DNA of 47,378 nt from an uncultured archaeon. GTDB lineage: Archaea > Asgardarchaeota > Lokiarchaeia > Sigyniarchaeales > SOKP01. The position numbers were made by a program, and so were the translations under genes. This document shows, piece after piece, positions 30,571-39,448 of the stretch. Where the stretch lies: contig CAZGJX010000018.1 of NCBI GenBank assembly GCA_964525635.1, positions 1 to 47,378 on the forward strand. Reading direction: 5' to 3'. The notes beneath the pieces are model-generated. The model was not told where the DNA came from, did not search any database, and saw only the letters and a program-made list of their open reading frames with translations. Positions within the stretch are counted from its first letter, which is position 1; each line of letters starts with the position of its first letter.

Positions 30571-32292
30571 TTATTTCTTTGCAAAAGCTTTAATATCTAT
30601 ATCTTCAAAAAGTCCATCTGCTTGTTCAAGTTTTCTTAAATAGTGCCACTCCCCTTCATCAACGTATTCTCCATTTGCATATTTTAAAGCCATATTATAT
30701 AATCTATTGAAATTTTCATAGTGTAGAGCAACGCGATTTTCGGAATAATCCCTTGCTGACCAAGTTGTTATCAAAAATGGCCAATCACTACTCTGTAAAA
30801 GGAGATTTTCTCGGCCTAATTGTTTCAAAATCTTAATCAAATTGGGATCAGATGAATCTGAATGTTTTGTCATAATTTGTTCACATTTTTCTTCACATTC
30901 ATAAATATGAGCCCAAACATAGGTAGTCCATTCATTTAGCCATACCCAATGACTTGAACCTTGCCCCCAACTTCCTTCTAAGAGTTGAACCGTTCTATTT
31001 GGAGGATTTAATTCCATATATTCCTTTGAAGTAATTAAATCAACTTCAGGATCATCTTCTATCCATCGTAAGATTCGGTTTATCCACCATGGACCCTCAA
31101 ACCACCAATGCCCGTAAAGTTCAGTATCATACATAGCGGATATAACTCCTGGACGTCCATTTTTATCTTTATATTCTCGCAAAACATCTTTAACAAGATT
31201 TACAAAATGACTTGCATTTTCATCCAATTTCCTTGGAATATCATCAGGCCAATAGAGCATTTTATCAGCTAAGTCAATTTTAGCATGAGTAACTTTCCAA
31301 TACCTATGCCCTCCTGGGAAATGCTTTTTATGGAAATCTAGATATTCAGCACATCCCGGATATCCATGCTCTCCTGACCACACCACTATCCCTGTTTTTT
31401 CATCTCTAGTAAAAAATCCAACAGGAGGTTGTGGAGAAGAGGAAGATACTAAATATGTTTCATATTGAGATTTATTAAAATCAAGAGGTTTTTCTTCAAA
31501 TTGAGAAGCAAATTGTTCCCATAATTCTTTTAATAATGGAAATCTTGCGGCATAAACTCCCATAGATTTACCACCCAAAAGTAAAACCGTATCTACAAAA
31601 AAATATTTTATGCCATTTTTTGCTAGAAAATATTCAATTCCTGGACGTTCATATTCTTCTCCATCTATAGGATTTTTCCAGTTATAACCTGGTCTATAAG
31701 CACATTCAGGAATCCAAGCTCCTGTAGGAGGTCTTCCAAAATGCTTTTTATAATTATCTACTGCTATTTTAAATTGTGCATTTATTGATGATTCATGTGA
31801 AAGTAGAGCATTATATCCATGAGTTGCACCACATGTGATAATATCAATATATCCATTGTCTTGTAAGTCTTTAAAAGCTCCAATAATATCTTTATTATAA
31901 GCAATAATAAATCTGTCTTTAATTTTGCTATAATGATCTTCCCACCATTCTGCTAGTCTAATTCGTTCTTCACTATAATTATTTGTTTTAAAATCGTGTT
32001 GATCTTGTAAAGCACCATTAATTTTATCATCTAAATAATTTGTGAATTCGTTTATGAATGATGGATTTTTAAGGGATTCACATAAAACTGGAGTCAAGCC
32101 AATCGTTAATTTTGGAGAATATCCTTGAATTATTGTTTTGTTTATTTCATCCAAAAGAGGGATATAAGATTCTGCAGCAGCTTCATTTAACCAACTTGTA
32201 CCATGTGGCCATATTCCATGGTTTAAGACCCATGGTAAATGAGAATGTAATACTAATGAGAAGTAACCTAATTTATCTGTCATATTTATCAA
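30571..32292 (-). CDS. GH57 1,4-alpha-glucan branching enzyme (DUF1957 type)
   Basis: LHSHLPWV, THGY, WIPECAYRP, YDTELYGHWWFEG and QSSDWPF. Confidence 0.92.
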   Translation of the reverse strand: MINMTDKLGYFSLVLHSHLPWVLNHGIWPHGTSWLNEAAAESYIPLLDEINKTIIQGYSPKLTIGLTPVLCESLKNPSFINEFTNYLDDKINGALQDQHDFKTNNYSEERIRLAEWWEDHYSKIKDRFIIAYNKDIIGAFKDLQDNGYIDIITCGATHGYNALLSHESSINAQFKIAVDNYKKHFGRPPTGAWIPECAYRPGYNWKNPIDGEEYERPGIEYFLAKNGIKYFFVDTVLLLGGKSMGVYAARFPLLKELWEQFASQFEEKPLDFNKSQYETYLVSSSSPQPPVGFFTRDEKTGIVVWSGEHGYPGCAEYLDFHKKHFPGGHRYWKVTHAKIDLADKMLYWPDDIPRKLDENASHFVNLVKDVLREYKDKNGRPGVISAMYDTELYGHWWFEGPWWINRILRWIEDDPEVDLITSKEYMELNPPNRTVQLLEGSWGQGSSHWVWLNEWTTYVWAHIYECEEKCEQIMTKHSDSSDPNLIKILKQLGRENLLLQSSDWPFLITTWSARDYSENRVALHYENFNRLYNMALKYANGEYVDEGEWHYLRKLEQADGLFEDIDIKAFAKK

Positions 32293-32398
32293 AATTTGAA
32301 TTATTGTTTATTATAATTTTAAAATTGAAATTAAGTATTAAATTACTAGATAAATATTATAAATCATTATAGAATTTAACATAAACTAAAAATTAGTT

Positions 32399-33652
32399 CT
32401 AAATTGTAATATATTTTTCTAAAGAAACTCTAATTTCTTTAGCGGCTATATGAGGCAATTTTCTTGCTACTCGCATATCTTCTGCCATTTCTGCGCCTCC
32501 AATTATTTCATGTGGGATTATATCACCAAACATATGGAAATCAGCATCATAATGATATGGGCATCCATTAAATAATATATTTCGATTTTTCTCAACTTTT
32601 ATATCATCTAATGCTTGGAAGATTTTTTTTAAATTTAATGCAAAATCTGAAATTTGATCTATATTTAATTTAGTAAACCTTCTTATATGTTCATTTGGAT
32701 GGAATCTAATATGATAATTTCTTATTGGACTTCCAGAAGTATAAAATGTCCAATAATTTGTTTTTAATATTATCCGATCTGTATCTCCATGAGTAGTTTC
32801 ACATAAATGACAATTATCTTTCATTTCTTTAAATGCTTTTAAAAATCCTTCTAGACGACTTCCATGGCCATCCATATTTAAATCAATATATACTTGACCA
32901 TGTAATCTAGGTTGAGATCCTCCTACTCTCATACCAATATTAAAAAAAGGGCTTACAGGAATATCATAATAATCTCTTGCAATAGCCGCTTGTACAGAAA
33001 AGATGATAGCTTCCTTCATTGATAATAATATATCTCTTATTACATCTTCAGGAATAAGGTCGAAATACATTGAAGGATAAAAGTCTCTTGATAAAGTTAT
33101 CAAATTAATTCCTCTAGCGAGTTTTAAATGGGATGGTAAATTTTTTTTTATATATTTTTCTATTTCAGGATCAATTATTCTTGCCATTGATGGATATCTA
33201 TTAATCAGCGTTAAAGCTTTACAATCTGGTGAAATTTTTTCAATTCTATGTGGAATTTCATGAAAAGGATTATCACGTCTTTTAATTCCTTCACATAAAA
33301 TTATTGTGTATCCATCACCCAATTGATTACCGTTCTTATCATATGCAAGTTCACCCTCTATAACCGATGTAAATACATCTTTTATATTTAATAGTTCTAT
33401 TTTTGAGATTTCCTTCAATTTCAGGTTATATGCGTGAGGTCTGCTCCCACGAATAGGACTCAGATAGGCATAGTGTCCGTAATATCTGATATATTCATCT
33501 CTAAATCCAAATTCTTTTGATTTTATTATTACAGAGGATAATGGGTCCCATCGCTTAATTGGGATATCATATATATCTTTAAAATTCTTTTGATTTATTA
33601 TACCCCACTCCATAAAGGCAGGGAAAGAATCTTTATTAGGTTTTGGTTCCAT
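32399..33652 (-). CDS. GalT/HIT-superfamily nucleotidyltransferase
   Basis: RGSRPH, INRYP, NIGMRVGGSQPRLHGQ, CHLC and FHM. Confidence 0.7.
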   Translation of the reverse strand: MEPKPNKDSFPAFMEWGIINQKNFKDIYDIPIKRWDPLSSVIIKSKEFGFRDEYIRYYGHYAYLSPIRGSRPHAYNLKLKEISKIELLNIKDVFTSVIEGELAYDKNGNQLGDGYTIILCEGIKRRDNPFHEIPHRIEKISPDCKALTLINRYPSMARIIDPEIEKYIKKNLPSHLKLARGINLITLSRDFYPSMYFDLIPEDVIRDILLSMKEAIIFSVQAAIARDYYDIPVSPFFNIGMRVGGSQPRLHGQVYIDLNMDGHGSRLEGFLKAFKEMKDNCHLCETTHGDTDRIILKTNYWTFYTSGSPIRNYHIRFHPNEHIRRFTKLNIDQISDFALNLKKIFQALDDIKVEKNRNILFNGCPYHYDADFHMFGDIIPHEIIGGAEMAEDMRVARKLPHIAAKEIRVSLEKYITI

Positions 33653-33724
33653 AATTTATCTTTACATGTTATTTATTTTAGATTTGAACAAGAAAATAAA
33701 TAGATAGCTCTTATTTATAAATTT

Positions 33725-34603
33725 TTAATTAAGTTCTATTAGCTTTACCTCTATTGAGAGCACTCCTTCGATTTTATAAATTTCTTCTATTATTATGTTC
33801 AATTTTTCCATATCTGGATCAATATAAACTTCATAGATACATCGATCAATTTCTTGACAAATTCCTGATGTAAACACTAAAGTAAATGCATCTTGATGTT
33901 GTGAAAATATATTTGATATCTTTTGAACAACTTTAACAGTCATTTGTTCTCCGAAAATTATTGCTAGTCTGATTATTTTATTAGTATTTACAGGAATCAT
34001 ATCTATTTTTATTGAATCTCCTCGGGTTCTAAACACCATAAAACAATTATCTTTATATTTAGAATTTTTATTAATTTTATTTATGAGTGAATCAGATAAT
34101 ATGATTTCTTTATCTTTCTTTAAATTTTTAAAAGATATTAATGATCCTTCTGTTTCAATTTTTTTTATTGAGACTATTTTATATAATTTATGAATTTCGT
34201 CTTTGAATATTCTATAATACTTTTGTATTTCTTTTTTATTAATCTCAGATTCATCATCAATATAAAAGGCTTTATATATCTCTTGAATATTTTTTATTTT
34301 TTCTATTGATTTTGATAATAAATCTTCATAATAAGAATAATCAGGTTCTTCTTCTGGAATTATAATTGTGATCATTGCCAGCTCTGAACGCCCTCTAGCC
34401 CATTCTGAATCTATTTTAAAGATCCAATTAGCTGTTTTTAATTCTGAAGTAAAATAATGAGAAAAGAATCCTTCATTAACACTATCCAAAAGTGATTTTA
34501 TTTGATTTATATCATTTTTATACAAATTTTCTATTAAGTCATCTGGAGAAGTTAAAAGTACTTGTGGTCCTACAGTTCTATTAAAATAAGTTAGCAATAT
34601 CAT
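33725..34603 (-). CDS. uDENN/longin-like N-terminal domain plus ACT-like C-terminal domain
   Basis: N-terminal LTYFNRTVGPQVLL and ARGRSE; C-terminal ferredoxin-like pattern ending IYKIEGVLSIEV. Confidence 0.5.
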   Translation of the reverse strand: MILLTYFNRTVGPQVLLTSPDDLIENLYKNDINQIKSLLDSVNEGFFSHYFTSELKTANWIFKIDSEWARGRSELAMITIIIPEEEPDYSYYEDLLSKSIEKIKNIQEIYKAFYIDDESEINKKEIQKYYRIFKDEIHKLYKIVSIKKIETEGSLISFKNLKKDKEIILSDSLINKINKNSKYKDNCFMVFRTRGDSIKIDMIPVNTNKIIRLAIIFGEQMTVKVVQKISNIFSQHQDAFTLVFTSGICQEIDRCIYEVYIDPDMEKLNIIIEEIYKIEGVLSIEVKLIELN

Positions 34604-34969
34604 TACTATAAATTGTAATCTATTTTATTGTCTGAAGATTTTTTATTATAACTTAGAATTATTATTAAGATGTTTATAAATATTTCTAAATTTGTGTTAA
34701 TTCTTTTTGATACTATTTTATAATGAATCATTATCGTTATAGAAATATATGTTATAAATTATTAATTGAAAAATGTTCATATTAAATATAGATCAATCAA
34801 CTAATATTTAGTAACATGACTTTTTTTTTTAAAAAATGTAAAAATATACAATAAGATATACTTAAATTAAATTTATGAATACTTTCTTTTCTATTCAAAA
34901 AAAAAAAAGAATGGAGAGAAATGTTTAATTTTACAACCCTTTTTTTCCAATATATCCTTATATTTTATT

Positions 34970-35260
34970 TCAGTATTCAAGTCTCTTTATAATTTTATAA
35001 GTTTTAAACTCTCTTACGGGTTCATCTTTATCTGTATTATCTACAGGAATTTTGATATAATTATTATCATCAAATTCTTCTATATCAGACTTATTTTTAT
35101 ATTTATGAATATTCTTAGCCATTTCCAATTCTTTTAATAAAAATTCTCTTACTGCACATCTTATCAATTCAGATCTAGAGGGATAAAGGCCGTTCTCTCC
35201 TACTAACTTCTCAATTGCATCTATATATGACTCAGGTACATTAACAGTGACAATTTTCAA
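34970..35260 (-). CDS. ribbon-helix-helix (CopG/MetJ) transcriptional regulator
   Basis: MKIVTVNVPESYIDAIEKLV...YPSRSELIRCAVREFL. Confidence 0.88.
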   Translation of the reverse strand: MKIVTVNVPESYIDAIEKLVGENGLYPSRSELIRCAVREFLLKELEMAKNIHKYKNKSDIEEFDDNNYIKIPVDNTDKDEPVREFKTYKIIKRLEY

Positions 35261-35791
35261 AATAAACCGCCTTTAATCACAAATTTTCTTATAATAATAT
35301 TAATTGTAATATCATATATAAAGATTTATTTTTAGTAGATTAATATGTCGAACCTTTTAAAGGTAGGGTGTATAACCAATCTTAATATTTAAGTATTACC
35401 TATTAAAGTATTAATCCATAAAAAAACTTGTTTTTCCTCGTATTTTAATTATTTTTAAAATGAAAAAAATCAACTTTACTTTAATTGATTATAAAAAAAA
35501 AGCTATCTACTTTAAAATGATCTTTAAATTCCTTTTCATTAAATAAAAAGATTCTTTAAAAAATGTTCAATTCTTAATTATTAAATCTAATATTTATTCA
35601 AAATAAATGTTATTATTTCAAATATTAAAAAATAGTTATAAATCAGAAATTAAGAAAATTTCCGATCAATAAATTATAATAAATCAAAAACTTATCTACT
35701 TCTTGAAATTCAAATAAATTTTTATATCTCTCTCATTGATATTATAATAAGAAATTATTGGATTATAAAATTTTAAATTTAGTTTTTAATC

Positions 35792-37180
35792 ATGTCTATT
35801 CAAGAAAAATTTAAGGAAATCATTATAAATCATAAATTTGATGTTTTGAATCATATTTTTTTAACTCCGAAAGATGATTTATCACAATTTACAAAAGAGC
35901 AGGTAAATAATGCCCTATCAATTCTGGAAGGAAATATTTCAGGAGAAGTTCAATATTTTGGTGGTTCTATTGAAAAGAGTAAAGATCAATTTGAAGCTTT
36001 CATAGATACAATAAAGAAAGATATTGAAGCAGAATCTAATGATAATCAAAAAGAATTAAATGATATATTAAAAAAATATGTGAAGATTTTAAAAGAATAC
36101 ACAAGTAAATGTTGTTATGCAATAATTCCTGTTAAAGATATGCCTTGGACAGAAGTTTTATTCAGAACAGTTCCAAAGATAGTTTTTAAAGAAAAAACAA
36201 TTGAGTTAATTGATAGAATTATATCTTATTATGGTGAAATAAAATGTCTGATTTCAAAAACTATAATTCATGGAAGAATAAAAGGAGAACATTCTCTTTT
36301 CGCTCCAGTTATAGGGGATCTAGATTTAAATTATGAATTGGATGACGCGAATCAGAAAGCTAAGAAATCTTTTAATTATTCATATGTTAGTGCTATTATT
36401 AACTCATTAGAATCCACATCAATGAGAAATCATTTAACTCGTTACCATGAGGGATATCAAAGACGGGGTGATCCAATTTGCGATTTTCTCATGAAGAAAG
36501 ATGATTTAATCAACGTGTTTGATAAATTAATGTCTTGTATGGAGTCTGGTAGAATAAATAATAAAGTATCTATAATTGGAATTGCATTACCTCAATCCTC
36601 TGATAAAACAACTTTAGTTATAGTATTAGATGAGAGTGAGAATTCAGGAAAATATGAAAAATGTTTTGAAGCATTATTACGATTATCTGCTGCTTGCTGT
36701 GAAGCCCCTAAGCCACAAATCCAGCCTCAGCAAGCGGCCCCTTTAAGAACACCAGGGGGTCAAGAATTGAAAGTATGGACTGCAGAAGAATTAGCAGATC
36801 AAGCTAGTCAAAGAGGTTCCACTTCGCTACCTCCTGGAATGGATGTATGGACAGAGGAAGAATTGCAGAAAATGTCTGTAGAGAGACAATCAAGCTTACC
36901 TGAAGGAATGGAAACATGGACAGCAGAAGAATTACAAGAATTAGCAAAAAAGAGACAAGGTAATTTAGATATTCCCACATGGGAACCAGATAAAGATATG
37001 AGTGAATGTTCAAAATGTGGTTATGGTTTAAGAAAGGGATGGGATGAATGTCCGATTTGTGGAGCTATAGTTGGGGCTGAAAATGATGAAAGCCAAGAGG
37101 ATGAAAACCAAGAAGATGAAGACCAAGAAGACGATATAGAAAGTAATGAAGAATCAGTTGATTTAGAAAATGAAGATTAA
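35792..37180 (+). CDS. modular protein: globular N-domain, WTxEEL repeats, C4 zinc ribbon and acidic tail
   Basis: Three WTxEEL repeats, CSKC-x10-CPIC and an E/D-rich C-terminus. Confidence 0.75.
   Translation: MSIQEKFKEIIINHKFDVLNHIFLTPKDDLSQFTKEQVNNALSILEGNISGEVQYFGGSIEKSKDQFEAFIDTIKKDIEAESNDNQKELNDILKKYVKILKEYTSKCCYAIIPVKDMPWTEVLFRTVPKIVFKEKTIELIDRIISYYGEIKCLISKTIIHGRIKGEHSLFAPVIGDLDLNYELDDANQKAKKSFNYSYVSAIINSLESTSMRNHLTRYHEGYQRRGDPICDFLMKKDDLINVFDKLMSCMESGRINNKVSIIGIALPQSSDKTTLVIVLDESENSGKYEKCFEALLRLSAACCEAPKPQIQPQQAAPLRTPGGQELKVWTAEELADQASQRGSTSLPPGMDVWTEEELQKMSVERQSSLPEGMETWTAEELQELAKKRQGNLDIPTWEPDKDMSECSKCGYGLRKGWDECPICGAIVGAENDESQEDENQEDEDQEDDIESNEESVDLENED
37094..37138 (+). repeat. 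three 15-bp coding tandem repeats (QEDEN/QEDED/QEDDI)
   Basis: caagaggatgaaaac, caagaagatgaagac, caagaagacgatata. Confidence 0.7.
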
Positions 37181-37411
37181 TCAATTTCACATTTCAACTC
37201 CATTTTTACGACTTTAAAAATAGAAATTCTATAAAATTTTTTTTAATTTTAATCAAATAGATAGATTAAATAATTGAAAAAAATTAATTATTTTTAATTA
37301 ATTGTAAGATTGATTATATTTACTGTGATTTTTAAAATTCTTTCTATTCAAAAGTTTTTTTAAATATTTTTTATTATTAAATTTAAATAAATCAATTTTC
37401 TTGAATTCTAA

Positions 37412-38458
37412 TTGTTAAGTAATATATTTTTATTAAAGGGTAAAAACGTATCAGATTTGGATTTACTCAATATTTACAGTTATCCTTCTGATATAACTTG
37501 GAATGAAGATAAGCAATTCATTCAAAAGATTCTTTATGCTCATAATAATAATGGAAAAGATCAAATTTATCAAACTATATCTGAATTTAAAGCATTTCAA
37601 GAAAATAGTTTACAGAAGGAGCAAAAATACACAATAGAAGATCCTATTCCTCAGGTGATTAATGGACTTAATACCTATACTTTTTATATAAATAATAAAA
37701 TGAGTATAGGATTCATTTTTGACAAAGAAGATAATCCTTATGATTACAGAGATATATGTATGGAATTATTGCATGAAAATTTAATTATGGATTCTAACTT
37801 TTCTCTTGAAGAAGAACTTGAGATTGAGAATTTTTTGATTTCTCTATTTATAGGTATAAGAAGATATGGCGATGAAGTAATTGAAAGAAAACCTATTATT
37901 GAATATAGCTCTAATACCAATCTATTTATCAAGGTCTTTCTATTTGGAATAGATGAGGCTGGTAAAACTTCACTAATTCGTAGAATAAAAACAGGAAATT
38001 ATAATGATAATTATTTCATGCCTACAAGAAAATTTAATATAGAATATATTCAAGAAAATGAGGGACTTTTAGCTTTTTGGGATATGCCAGGACAACGAAC
38101 TTTTAGGAAAAAATGGTTATTAGGTTTACAGGATTCTAATCTTATTATTTATATGATAGATGTAGCTAATCAATTAAGATTTGAAGAAGCTAAAAAAGAA
38201 TTTTGGCGTATTATAAATAGATATGAATTAGCTGGTATTCCTTTACTCATATTAGGCAATAAGATTGATTTAATAAATCAAAATATTGATATTAAACAAA
38301 ATAAAGCACTAAAAAAAGAAATCTTTAGTTTTTTTGAATTTGGTAAAATAAATGATAGGAACTGGAAATTCCTTTTTACTTCAGTTAAAAGTAATTATCA
38401 AATTAATAGGGTATCCAAAAAAATATTTAAGTTAAAATCCTCAATAAATATAAATTAG
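37412..38458 (+). CDS. Arf-like small GTPase with N-terminal longin-like domain
   Basis: G1 GIDEAGKTS, G2 PT, G3 WDMPGQ, G4 NKID and G5 TSVK, with a ~170-aa N-terminal extension. Confidence 0.85.
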   Translation: MLSNIFLLKGKNVSDLDLLNIYSYPSDITWNEDKQFIQKILYAHNNNGKDQIYQTISEFKAFQENSLQKEQKYTIEDPIPQVINGLNTYTFYINNKMSIGFIFDKEDNPYDYRDICMELLHENLIMDSNFSLEEELEIENFLISLFIGIRRYGDEVIERKPIIEYSSNTNLFIKVFLFGIDEAGKTSLIRRIKTGNYNDNYFMPTRKFNIEYIQENEGLLAFWDMPGQRTFRKKWLLGLQDSNLIIYMIDVANQLRFEEAKKEFWRIINRYELAGIPLLILGNKIDLINQNIDIKQNKALKKEIFSFFEFGKINDRNWKFLFTSVKSNYQINRVSKKIFKLKSSININ

Positions 38459-38617
38459 AAATTATATAATTTTTTCATAAAAAAAACTAATTAAACATTT
38501 TAACTATGCTAAAATTACTTTAATCATTAAATTTAAATATTTAGATAATTAAATCTAATTCAAATAAGATAATTTAAGCATAATTTTCAATTAAACAATC
38601 TAAAAAGGGTTGACAAT

Positions 38618-39223
38618 ATGCATAAAAGATTTAAAAACGATCTGATAATTAATATTGATGAGAAAAAAGGACACTTATATCTTGGTGGAGCAGATAAACA
38701 AATCCGTTTATTTATGATAAGACCAATTGATATTATTGAGTTCTCTGAATTTGCAGGACAGAATGCAGCAGATATTCTCATATGGATTGGAAAAACATTA
38801 GGAAAAGAGATAATGCAGAAGTTTTTTTATGATTATTTCTTTTTGGAAACAATCCCAGTGAAGAAAGATATATTCAAAAGCGTACTTGAGGGATTAACTT
38901 TTATGGGATTTGGATATTTAGATGCTACTTTTAAAAAGGATCATATCTTAGTGAGTAATTATAATTCCATGGCAGATGCGGAAAGGGAAAACTATATGGC
39001 AAAGAATCTTTGTATTATAAATCAAGGACTTTTTCATGGAGTACTTGATGTCTTAGGTTTTGAAGCTGAGGGAGAAGAAATAGAATGCGTTTTATTAGGA
39101 AATAAGCGTTGTAAATTCCAGTTTAAATTACTTGAAGATAAAATACCAGACGACGCAATCGATGAGGAAAAGTCAGATCAAGAAGTAAAGACTATTATGG
39201 AATCTTTAGTTAAATCTTATTAA
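38618..39223 (+). CDS. V4R (Bet3/TRAPP-related fold) domain protein
   Basis: IGKTLG, MGFG, LCIINQGLFHG and EIECVLLGNKRCKF V4R signature. Confidence 0.8.
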   Translation: MHKRFKNDLIINIDEKKGHLYLGGADKQIRLFMIRPIDIIEFSEFAGQNAADILIWIGKTLGKEIMQKFFYDYFFLETIPVKKDIFKSVLEGLTFMGFGYLDATFKKDHILVSNYNSMADAERENYMAKNLCIINQGLFHGVLDVLGFEAEGEEIECVLLGNKRCKFQFKLLEDKIPDDAIDEEKSDQEVKTIMESLVKSY

Positions 39224-39448
39224 TTATAGTAATATTTACTAATTCTTTTTGTTCCATAAATTTACAGTTAATTAATATTTCTCTAAACTATATATGACGC
39301 AGTTAATAATCACTCATTCTAATCATTTTTATCTCATTAATACAACCAATTAAATAAGTGAGAAATTGTTGTTATGATTAAATATTTAATGCGTTATAAA
39401 TAATTATTAAACAATTAAATTAGAAAAAAAAAACCTAAAAAATGAGAA

